DNA of 64,000 nucleotides from Spirochaetales bacterium (GTDB taxonomy: Bacteria > Spirochaetota > Spirochaetia > JABEVK01): contig JBAXAI010000001.1 in the NCBI GenBank assembly GCA_037142615.1, positions 448,001 to 512,000 of the forward strand, read 5' to 3'. A program made the translations under genes and the position numbers. The notes under the pieces are model-generated. The model ran no database searches. It saw only the letters and a program-made list of their open reading frames with translations, and was not told where the DNA came from. Positions 33,925 through 42,232 of the stretch are shown one piece after another. Position 1 is the stretch's first letter; each line of letters starts with the position of its first letter.

Positions 33925-35889
33925 CTATTTGTTGACGATGGCCTCTATCTCTTTCCTGCGGGAATACGTCGGGTTTTTCGCCAGCAGATCGACGTAGATC
34001 TTCTTGCCGCCTTCTGTGTCACCCTGATCGTAGAGCAGGCCTCCCAAACGGTACGAAGCGTCCCAGTACGTGGGAGCAAGCTTCACAAGATCCTGCAACA
34101 CGACCTTGGCGAGGTCTTTCTGACTGGTCTCCAGATAGGCCAAGGCGAGGTTATAGCGGATATCGGGAGTGTCGCGCTTCAGTTGCAGCGCCTTGTTGAA
34201 GAAGTCGATGGCCTGGGTGTAGAGCTTCTTGACCAGGTAGAGTCGCCCCAGGTTGTTGTTCACCTTGAGGTTGTCTGGCGCCAGGTCCCAAGCTTTCTGC
34301 AGTTGTTCCATCGCACCGTCAGGGTTGTCCTTGGCTTCCATCAAGAGTGCGAGACTCACTCTCGGGTCGACGGACTTGGGGTCGAGGTTGATGGCGTTGC
34401 GATAGGCGGTCATCGCCAGGTCGGGGCTCTTGGCTTTTTCAAGCACCTGGCCGAGGTTGTAGGCGTAGTCGCTCTCGTTGGGGTTGAGCGCGATAGCCTT
34501 TTGAGCGTACTCCAGCGATGAAGTGACCTTGCCGAGCTGAAGTTGTGTTGTCGAAAGGTTGTAGTAGATATCGGCCCGCTTGCTGTCGAGCACCAACGCC
34601 TTGCTGAACTGGCCTTCGGCATCGGCGTACCGACCGGCGTTGTAGTACGCGCTGCCGAGATCGCTCAGCCAACTGGCTCTGGTCGGGTCGAGTTTGGCAG
34701 CGGTCTCGTAGCTTCGGATCGCCAGATCGTTCTTGCCCAAGTTGCTGTAGACTCGCGCAAGATTGTAGTTGATCAGGCCGGAGTCAGGCTTGAGTTTCAC
34801 CGCTTGGCTAAACGCGTCGAGGGCATGCTTGTCGTCCTGAAGTTGCCCGTAGGCGCTCCCCAGTGCGTTGTAGGCCAAAGCATTTTGCGGGTCGAGTTTG
34901 ATGTTGGACTGGAAGGCCTCGATCGCCTGCGGATACTGACGGTTGCTGTAGTAGGCCTTCCCCAATTCATACCAAACAGCCGAGTTGGCTGGATCGTTCT
35001 TGAGGGCATTGCGGTAGCTGTTCACGGCCTCGGGCCAGTTCTTGGCATCCTGGTAAATGTCGCCCTGGACGGAATATCCGGCAGCGTTTTTGGGGTTCTT
35101 GGCCAGCGCGCGCGACAGCGTTTCGAGGGCCGCCCTGCGCGTATCCGAGTCACCTTTCTTGTCACGGAACTGAGCCTCGGCGTCGCGCACCAGCGCGTCC
35201 GAGTTCTCGGGATCCTTGCCGATGAGTTCCTGGAACTTGGCCCTGGCCTGGGCGTACTGAGCCTGACCGAGGTACGACATTCCCTGGGTGAAAAGTTCTT
35301 GGTTGGCCTTCTGCTCGGCCGAGAGCTTTTCGGACTCGGCCTTCTGTTTGGCCAACCGATCGGCCTCGGCCTTTGCAGCCTGTTCGGCCTTCTTCTTTTC
35401 TTCCTCGGCAGCGGCGTTGGCTTGTTCGGCCGCTGCCGCGGCGGCTTTGGCCTTGGTCGCCTGCTTTTCAGCGGCGGTTTGCGTCTGTGCTGCGGTTTGG
35501 GTTTGTGCTGCGGTTTGGGTTTGGCTGGTCTCGAGTTTGGACGACAACTGGTTGAAGCTTTCCTTGAGCTTGTCGTTCGAGGCCTGCAGCGCGTTCAACT
35601 GGTCCTGTTTGTCGGTTTGTTCCTTGGCCTTCTTGGCGGCAACCACGCCCTGACGCAGAGCCTTCGCCTCGGAATCTTCCGAATTGGCGATCAGCAGGCT
35701 GTCGATGAGGTCGAGGGCCCTCTGAAACTCACCCTGATCACGGTAGTCTGCGGCGAGCTTGAGAATGTTGGCGTGCCTGTCACCGGCTGCTTGCTGGGCA
35801 GGGGGGTTGGTCATAAGGAAGGCGCCGCCCCCCACCGCCCCAAGCGTCAAAACCGAGCTCAGACCGATAACGATATTTTTGGTGCTCAT
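33925..35889 (-). CDS. Membrane-anchored TPR protein with Ala/Gln/Lys-rich stalk
   Basis: N-terminal TM helix, coiled-coil/low-complexity linker, about 12 TPRs. Confidence 0.88.
   Translation of the reverse strand: MSTKNIVIGLSSVLTLGAVGGGAFLMTNPPAQQAAGDRHANILKLAADYRDQGEFQRALDLIDSLLIANSEDSEAKALRQGVVAAKKAKEQTDKQDQLNALQASNDKLKESFNQLSSKLETSQTQTAAQTQTAAQTQTAAEKQATKAKAAAAAAEQANAAAEEEKKKAEQAAKAEADRLAKQKAESEKLSAEQKANQELFTQGMSYLGQAQYAQARAKFQELIGKDPENSDALVRDAEAQFRDKKGDSDTRRAALETLSRALAKNPKNAAGYSVQGDIYQDAKNWPEAVNSYRNALKNDPANSAVWYELGKAYYSNRQYPQAIEAFQSNIKLDPQNALAYNALGSAYGQLQDDKHALDAFSQAVKLKPDSGLINYNLARVYSNLGKNDLAIRSYETAAKLDPTRASWLSDLGSAYYNAGRYADAEGQFSKALVLDSKRADIYYNLSTTQLQLGKVTSSLEYAQKAIALNPNESDYAYNLGQVLEKAKSPDLAMTAYRNAINLDPKSVDPRVSLALLMEAKDNPDGAMEQLQKAWDLAPDNLKVNNNLGRLYLVKKLYTQAIDFFNKALQLKRDTPDIRYNLALAYLETSQKDLAKVVLQDLVKLAPTYWDASYRLGGLLYDQGDTEGGKKIYVDLLAKNPTYSRRKEIEAIVNK
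35474..35524 (-). repeat. 18-bp tandem repeat, about 3 copies, encoding QTQTAA
   Basis: gcggtttgcgtctgtgct gcggtttgggtttgtgct gcggtttgggtttg. Confidence 0.85.
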
Positions 35890-35905
35890 GGGATTCCTTC
35901 TGGGT

Positions 35906-36745
35906 TCAGGGTTCGAGGGCGAAGTCGCCGTCGTCCGACTTGACGCCGGCCGGACCGGTGGTCAGGGCCTTGGAGTCGGCTGTCGCCCCCGCCAATGTAT
36001 CGCGGATTCTGGCGAGAATCTCGTCTTGTTTGGCTTGTTCCTCGGCCGCGACCCGGGCCGTTTCTTGGCGGACAGCTTCGGCCTGCTGTTCGGCAGCGGC
36101 GGCCGCGACAGCAATCTTTTGTTCCTCGGCTTGCTTTTGGAGTTGGGCCTTGGCCTCGACTGCTTTCTGAACTTCGGCCTCGCGGAGTTTTCGGGTCTGG
36201 TCGGCCAGTGCAGACGCTTTCGACTCCATGCTGGCGTTTTCCAGAAGAGCAATCAGCTGATCGATTTTGGCGCTCTGTGGGTTTCCAGGCACCAAGGTTT
36301 GGTACTGTTTGTAGTCGTCCACCGAACCATCAAGATTGCCCGCTTCGATGCGGGCATTGGCGCGATTGAGCAACGCATCGCTGACTTCCGGTGACTCGGT
36401 GAGCAACGTCGTGTACGCTTCCTCGGCCCCGGCAAAGTCTTTGGCCTTGGCTTTTACGACGCCCAAATTGAACAACAGGGTTTGGCGGGACGATCCACCG
36501 AGGTCAGCTCCTGCGGCGAACGCCTTAGCCGCCTCTGAGTTCATGTCAAGCCGGGTATAGGTGAGGCCCAGTTCGAGGTACAGCTTTTCGGTGGGGTCGC
36601 CTTGAGCCAGCGCAGCCTCGAGAAAGGTAAGGGCCTTCTTGGGATTGTTGAGGCCCAGTTGCTTTTCACCTTCGGCCAGGAAGTCCACGGCCGCGAGCGC
36701 CGAGGAGACGAAAGACAGCAGAATCACGAGGAAGAACCGTCGCAC
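35906..36745 (-). CDS. Secreted TPR protein
   Basis: GTG start, RRFFLVILLSFVSSALA signal peptide, about 4 TPRs, coiled-coil tail. Confidence 0.8.
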   Translation of the reverse strand: MRRFFLVILLSFVSSALAAVDFLAEGEKQLGLNNPKKALTFLEAALAQGDPTEKLYLELGLTYTRLDMNSEAAKAFAAGADLGGSSRQTLLFNLGVVKAKAKDFAGAEEAYTTLLTESPEVSDALLNRANARIEAGNLDGSVDDYKQYQTLVPGNPQSAKIDQLIALLENASMESKASALADQTRKLREAEVQKAVEAKAQLQKQAEEQKIAVAAAAAEQQAEAVRQETARVAAEEQAKQDEILARIRDTLAGATADSKALTTGPAGVKSDDGDFALEP

Positions 36746-36797
36746 GGCGCGGTTTGACAAGCGTTTGCCGATACCATAGTCTAGGGGTAGGTTTTCC

Positions 36798-38165
36798 ATG
36801 GATATTCTCATTGTTGTCCTTATCATTCTCGGCGTTGTCATCGGTTTCGTGATTTTTTTAGCCGTCAAATCGGCGTTGGCACCTAAGAAAATCTCGTCGC
36901 TAAGCGATTTGGTCAAGGCCGGAAAAACCGGGCCGGCCATCAAGATGGCCAAGGCCATCCTCCTCAAGGATCCCCGGAGCCCCGAGGCACACTACCTGTT
37001 GGGCGTGGCGTATCAGGAAGAGGCCAAGGCCGAACTGGCGCTGATGGAATACAAGACCGTCAACCAGTTGGGAATTTTTCAGGGCGAGCTCGAAGAGAAG
37101 GAGTTTCGGACCCGAATCGCCGACCTTTTCACCCGTTTTGGTCAGAGTGAGGAGGCCCTCAAGGAGTACATTCTTCTGGTCAAGCTCGACCCCGAGACCC
37201 CTGACAACTACTACCAGGCTGGAGTGCTTTTTGAGGATCGGGGAAAGCCCGACAACGCACTGAAGTATTACAAAAAGACCATCGATCTGGATCCGCAGCA
37301 CTCCAACGCCCACCTGAGGCTGGGAATGCTCTTTTTCCGGGCTAGCCGCCCTCTTGAGGCCCGGGAAGAACTGGATCTCGCGCTCAAATTGGCCCCGGAC
37401 AACTACAACGCCTATTTCTACCTGGGGCGTATTCTGAAGGAGAGCCACGATCTCAACGGCGCTTTGGGAGCTTTTGAAAAAGCCATAAAGGACCCGGAGC
37501 TCAAGGTAAAGGCTCTCGTGGAGCGCGGCAGTTGTTTCATGACGCAAAAGAACTACGACCGCGCTATCGTTGAACTCGAGCGCGCTGTCAAGCTCTCAAA
37601 CGACGACGCCGACAAAGACACCCTGTATGCGCGGTACTTTCTGGCGCACTGCTATGAGAAGAACCGTCTGATCGACAAGGCCATCACCGAGTGGGAGAAG
37701 ATCTACTCGAAGAAGCCGACCTTCAAGGATGTGGCCGAAAAGCTGAGCGCCTATCAGGACCTCCGGGTCGACGATCACATCAAAGACTACGTGACCAGCG
37801 CCAAGCCGCAGTTTCTAGCGCTGTGCCAGGCGATTGTTCAGGCCATGAGTCTGTCGGTGCAAAGCAGCACCGAGATGCCCAACGGCGTTGTCAAGATCAT
37901 CTCGATCGAGAACGAGAACGACGAGAAGTTCCGTAACGTCAAGAAGATGCCCAAACTGATGCTGTTCTTCCGAACCAGTGCGAACATTGATGAAGCGCCG
38001 CTGCGGGAGGTGGTCGAGGAAATCCGAAAGCTCGGGGCCAGCAAGTGCTATGTGGTAACCAATACCGCCTTCACGCGGGCTGCCCAGGCTTTTGCCGAGA
38101 CCCGACCCTACGAGCTGATCGGCAAGGACCAACTTCAGACCCTCCTCAAACGCGTGTCGCTTTGA
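36798..38165 (+). CDS. Membrane-anchored TPR protein with C-terminal Mrr-like restriction-endonuclease fold
   Basis: N-terminal TM, multiple TPRs, GASKCYVVTNTAFTRAAQAFAE..PYELIGKDQL; upstream TTGACA(36754)-N17-TAGTCT. Confidence 0.8.
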   Translation: MDILIVVLIILGVVIGFVIFLAVKSALAPKKISSLSDLVKAGKTGPAIKMAKAILLKDPRSPEAHYLLGVAYQEEAKAELALMEYKTVNQLGIFQGELEEKEFRTRIADLFTRFGQSEEALKEYILLVKLDPETPDNYYQAGVLFEDRGKPDNALKYYKKTIDLDPQHSNAHLRLGMLFFRASRPLEAREELDLALKLAPDNYNAYFYLGRILKESHDLNGALGAFEKAIKDPELKVKALVERGSCFMTQKNYDRAIVELERAVKLSNDDADKDTLYARYFLAHCYEKNRLIDKAITEWEKIYSKKPTFKDVAEKLSAYQDLRVDDHIKDYVTSAKPQFLALCQAIVQAMSLSVQSSTEMPNGVVKIISIENENDEKFRNVKKMPKLMLFFRTSANIDEAPLREVVEEIRKLGASKCYVVTNTAFTRAAQAFAETRPYELIGKDQLQTLLKRVSL

Positions 38166-38172
38166 GGCCGGC

Positions 38173-38844
38173 TTGAAGATCCTTTGTGTGGCCGACCACA
38201 TCGATCCTCTGGTCTACAGCACGGCGATGAAGGCCCGCTTTTCACAAGTGGAGCTGGTGCTGGGTGCCGGCGATCTGCCTCTGGAATATTACAGCTTCAT
38301 TGTCAGCATGCTCAACGTTCCGTTGTTGTTCGTCTATGGAAACCACAATCTTTCGGGTCTTGACGCCTATCAGGGGCGCCACGTTGCGACCGACACCCGG
38401 GCGCTCGCAGACCAGTTCCAGCCCTCGAATGCGATCGGGGCAACCTTCTTGGAAGGCAGGCACTACAAGCACAAGAAGCTGCTGATCGCGGGGCTTGGCG
38501 GTTCCATGAGGTACAATGACGGCGAGCACCAGTTCACGGAGTTCCAGATGATGGTACGGGTACTCGGGCTCGCTCCGCGACTTTGGTGGAACAAGCTCCG
38601 CCACGGGCGCTACCTCGACATCCTGCTGACCCATGCGCCCCCTCGGGGAATCCACGACAAAGCCGACAAGACCCACTGGGGCTTCAAGGCCTTTCTGACC
38701 TTCATGCGTTGGTTTGAGCCCAGGTATTTGATTCATGGTCACATCCACCTGTACGAACTGAATGAAGTCAGACGTACCGAGTACCGCAAGACGACCATTC
38801 TGAACTGCTACGACCACCTCGTTCTGGAGGTTGAACATGTATAG
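38173..38844 (+). CDS. Metallophosphoesterase (calcineurin-like)
   Basis: VADH, GAGDL, YGNHN, LLTHAPP and IHGHIH motifs. Confidence 0.9.
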   Translation: MKILCVADHIDPLVYSTAMKARFSQVELVLGAGDLPLEYYSFIVSMLNVPLLFVYGNHNLSGLDAYQGRHVATDTRALADQFQPSNAIGATFLEGRHYKHKKLLIAGLGGSMRYNDGEHQFTEFQMMVRVLGLAPRLWWNKLRHGRYLDILLTHAPPRGIHDKADKTHWGFKAFLTFMRWFEPRYLIHGHIHLYELNEVRRTEYRKTTILNCYDHLVLEVEHV

Positions 38845-39739
38845 CCAGAGCTCCGCCAAGATGCAGGCGCAATCGGATTTCAACAAGGCACGTTCCCGCG
38901 AGTTCTTTTCCCGGGTTCTTCACATCCTCAAGCCGCAACGCAACCGGTTGCTCAGCTTTACCGAAATCCGGTCGCTCCTACGACCCCAGGGAGAAATCTA
39001 CCGGGGAATGCAAGTCGTTCCCATCGAAAAAATCATCGGCAGCGAAGGACGCTACCGGGACTTCAACGCCGCGTTTCTTCCCAAGAAGGAGCACGTGCGT
39101 TCGCGGTGGGAATCGATCGACAAGGCCCACCTGCAGGACATCATCCTACCGCCGATCAAGCTGTACAAAGTTGGGGACTATTTCTTTGTGCGGGATGGAA
39201 ATCATCGTGTCTCGGTGGCACGCATGCAGGGGGTCTGGGCCATTGATGCCGAAGTGACCGAGCTCAAGACGCAGTATAAGCTCGACGCTGGGAAGACCCA
39301 GGAAGAACTCGCCGCGCAGTTGATCGGTTACGAGCGCCAGAAGTTCATCGACCAGACCCACCTTGAACAGATCATTCCGATGGAATACCTCGAGTTCAGC
39401 GACGCGGGTCGTTTCGACGAAATCCTGCAACACATTGAAGGGCACAAGTACTACCTGAACCAGAACATGGAAGGCGAGATGAACTTCAGCGACGCGGCCC
39501 TGTCGTGGTACTTCAACGTTTTCCTTCCCATCATTGAACAGATCAGCTATGACGGCGTGATCGGCCGGTTCCCGGGTCGTACCAAGGCCGACCTTTACAT
39601 CTGGATCGTCAAATACTGGGACGAACTGAAACGGCGCTATGGGGAAAAGATCTCGCTCAAAGACGCGACACGTGACTTTTCGCAGGCCAAGGGAAAGAGT
39701 CTTTGGCAGCAACTCACCGCGCTATTCCAGAAGTCCTGA
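38837..39739 (+). CDS. ParB/sulfiredoxin-like (DUF4032-type) protein
   Basis: KIIGSEGRYRDF...LPPIKLYKVGDYFFVRDGNHRVSVA; GGAGG RBS; overlaps the previous gene. Confidence 0.8.
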   Translation: MYSQSSAKMQAQSDFNKARSREFFSRVLHILKPQRNRLLSFTEIRSLLRPQGEIYRGMQVVPIEKIIGSEGRYRDFNAAFLPKKEHVRSRWESIDKAHLQDIILPPIKLYKVGDYFFVRDGNHRVSVARMQGVWAIDAEVTELKTQYKLDAGKTQEELAAQLIGYERQKFIDQTHLEQIIPMEYLEFSDAGRFDEILQHIEGHKYYLNQNMEGEMNFSDAALSWYFNVFLPIIEQISYDGVIGRFPGRTKADLYIWIVKYWDELKRRYGEKISLKDATRDFSQAKGKSLWQQLTALFQKS

Positions 39740-40834
39740 GGCATCAAGAAAGACCATGTCCTCCGGGCGCGCTATGACATCCTTGCGACCCAAAATCTGT
39801 GCCACCTGCAAGCTGTCTTTTCCCGCGAGCTGACGCAGCTCGTCTGAAGAGAACTTAGTGACGAGCTTGACTACCTCGTTCACCGTCACGACAGCACCTT
39901 TTTCGAACTCGCCGTCCACCTGGGTGACTCCGCGCGGCAAAAGGCTCTTGCGGTGGTACAGGGCTTCCAGTGCGCCCTCGTCGACTGTGAGCTTGCCCTG
40001 AGGAAGGCTGTTGAGTATCCAGCGCAGACGGTTCTTCATGCGGGGCTTGGCCAGAAAAAGGGTGCCCAAAGGCTCTCCGGCCAGGATACGGGACACGACG
40101 TCGGGCTCGCGTCCGTGCGCAAGAACGGTGGTGCATCCCCCCTTTTCGGCGACGAGGACGGCTCGGATCTTGGTACGCATGCCTCCCGTGCTGAAGGCCG
40201 AACCGGCCGCACCGGCCCCCTCCAAAATCTCAGGGGTGATCTTCTCGACGATATCGATCTTTCGGGCATCGGGGAACTTTCGTGGGTCCTTGTCGTAAAG
40301 CGCGTCGATGTCGCTGAGGATGACCAGCAGGTCTGCATCGACTTTGCTCGCCACCAGCGCCGAGAGCCGGTCGTTGTCGCCGAAAGCTTTGCTGATTTCG
40401 GCGATGCTAATGGTGTCATTTTCGTTGAACACGGGGATTGCACCTAGCCCCAGCAGGGTCTCGACGGTCGCCCGAAGGTTCAAGTAGCCTGTGCGGTCCG
40501 AAAGCACATCGTTGGTAAGGAGGACCTGGCCGACGGGGACCCCGTGCGAACCGAAGGCCCGCTTGTACTCGTTCATAAGCACAGGTTGACCGATGGCCGC
40601 GCAGGCTTGGCGCATGCGCACATCGGTGGGACGCTCCTTGAGGCCGAGTTCGCCCGCCCCCAAACCGATGGCACCCGAGGTGACCAGAAGAACCTGGCGG
40701 CCGCTGTGCTGAAGCGCCACCAACTGGTCGGCCATGCGTTCCACGTAGGCCCTGTCGATGCCCGCACCCGCTGAGAGCGTCGCGGTGCCGATCTTGATGA
40801 CAACCCGCCGGACCTTGCTGAAGTCGCGGCTCAC
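39722..40834 (-). CDS. proB: Glutamate 5-kinase
   Basis: VVIKIGT, TSGAI, NENDT, FGDNDRLSA, TGGMRTKI and a PUA domain. Confidence 0.96.
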   Translation of the reverse strand: MSRDFSKVRRVVIKIGTATLSAGAGIDRAYVERMADQLVALQHSGRQVLLVTSGAIGLGAGELGLKERPTDVRMRQACAAIGQPVLMNEYKRAFGSHGVPVGQVLLTNDVLSDRTGYLNLRATVETLLGLGAIPVFNENDTISIAEISKAFGDNDRLSALVASKVDADLLVILSDIDALYDKDPRKFPDARKIDIVEKITPEILEGAGAAGSAFSTGGMRTKIRAVLVAEKGGCTTVLAHGREPDVVSRILAGEPLGTLFLAKPRMKNRLRWILNSLPQGKLTVDEGALEALYHRKSLLPRGVTQVDGEFEKGAVVTVNEVVKLVTKFSSDELRQLAGKDSLQVAQILGRKDVIARPEDMVFLDASGLLE

Positions 40835-42153
40835 TTGCCAGCCTTACCAGCCAACAAGTCTTTATGGGTAAAGGCTTTGCCGCCCTCGCCTGCGTAAGGG
40901 TCGACGATGTGGCCGTTGCCGTAGAGCTTCCACTTGTAGGTGACCAGACCGTCGAGCCCCACCGGACCGCGGGCGTGAAGTTTGCTGGTGCTGACGCCTA
41001 CCTCGGCGCCTAGTCCGTAGCGAAAACCATCCGCGAAGCGCGTGGAGCAGTTCCAGAACGCGTTGGCGGTGTCGACCGAGTTCAGGAAGGTTTCGGCGGT
41101 GGCACGGTTTTCGGTGATGATCCCGTCGGTGTGACGACTTCCATACATATTGATGTGGGCCACCGCCTCATCGAGGCTATCGACCACTTTCACCGACAGG
41201 ATGTAGTCGAGGTACTCGGTCTCCCAATCCTGCTCGAAAGCTTCTTTGGCAGAGGGGATGAGCTTTCGTGCAACAGGGTCGGCCCTCACCTCGACCTCCT
41301 TTTCATCGAAGGCCTGCTTGAGCGGTGGCAACAGGTAGGGAGCGATATCGCGATGCACCAGAACCGTTTCAACCGCGTTGCAAACCGCGACGTACTGGGT
41401 CTTGGAATCGATGATGATCGAGATGGCCTTTTGCACCTGGGCAGCGCCGTCCACATACAGGTGGCACAGCCCATCGGCGTGCCCGAGCACCGGTATGGTG
41501 GTGTTCTTCATGATGTGCTGAACGAACTCGTTGCTCCCCCGGGGTATGATGAGATCGAGGCAATCATCGAGCTCGAGCAGCGCCTGCACATCGTCTCGAG
41601 TTTCAGCGAGATGGAACCAGCCTGAGGGGACACCAGCTGCAGCGCTGGCCGATAAAAGCAAATCCGCCAGGGCACGGTTGGTATGAAGGGCCTCGGCCCC
41701 GCCTTTGAGAATCACAGCGTTTCCGCTTTTGAGGGACAAGGCCACCATTTGCACCAGCGCGTCGGGACGGCTCTCGAAAATCATCGCGATCACGCCTAAG
41801 GGACAGGTGACCTGATACAGCTCAAGCCCTTTGTCGAGCTCTCGTGCGCTCAGGGTTCGACCGACTGGATCCGGCAAACGGGCTACGCTCTCGACACCCT
41901 CAGCGGCCTGCGCAATCTTGACGCCCTGAAACTTGAGTCGCGACAACAGAGGGGTAGCCAAGCCAATCAGCTCCGCCGCCTCGAGGTCCTTTTGATTGGC
42001 AGCGGCCAACTCCAAAGCCCCTCGTCGCAGGGCGTCGGCCATCGCCTGAAGTGCCCGGTTCTTGGCCTCTGTGGTCATTGCGGTCAACTTCGGCGAAAGG
42101 GCCTTGAGGCGGCGGGCAATGGCCGGGATCGCAGTCGAAACAGGGGTACTCAT
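40831..42153 (-). CDS. proA: Gamma-glutamyl phosphate reductase
   Basis: PLGVIAMIFESRP, VCNAVET, NCSTRFADG, GAEVGVSTSKLHARGPVGL. Confidence 0.96.
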   Translation of the reverse strand: MSTPVSTAIPAIARRLKALSPKLTAMTTEAKNRALQAMADALRRGALELAAANQKDLEAAELIGLATPLLSRLKFQGVKIAQAAEGVESVARLPDPVGRTLSARELDKGLELYQVTCPLGVIAMIFESRPDALVQMVALSLKSGNAVILKGGAEALHTNRALADLLLSASAAAGVPSGWFHLAETRDDVQALLELDDCLDLIIPRGSNEFVQHIMKNTTIPVLGHADGLCHLYVDGAAQVQKAISIIIDSKTQYVAVCNAVETVLVHRDIAPYLLPPLKQAFDEKEVEVRADPVARKLIPSAKEAFEQDWETEYLDYILSVKVVDSLDEAVAHINMYGSRHTDGIITENRATAETFLNSVDTANAFWNCSTRFADGFRYGLGAEVGVSTSKLHARGPVGLDGLVTYKWKLYGNGHIVDPYAGEGGKAFTHKDLLAGKAGK

Positions 42154-42232
42154 ACGACCAAACCTACCATGGAACAGCGTCTCTTTCAAAGGGGCTTGAT
42201 TGTTCCCGCATTTTGATCATTGTTATAGCGTT

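Noticed and set aside
39722-42153. proA-before-proB order as novel
   Set aside because: A simple order variant; both genes are intact.
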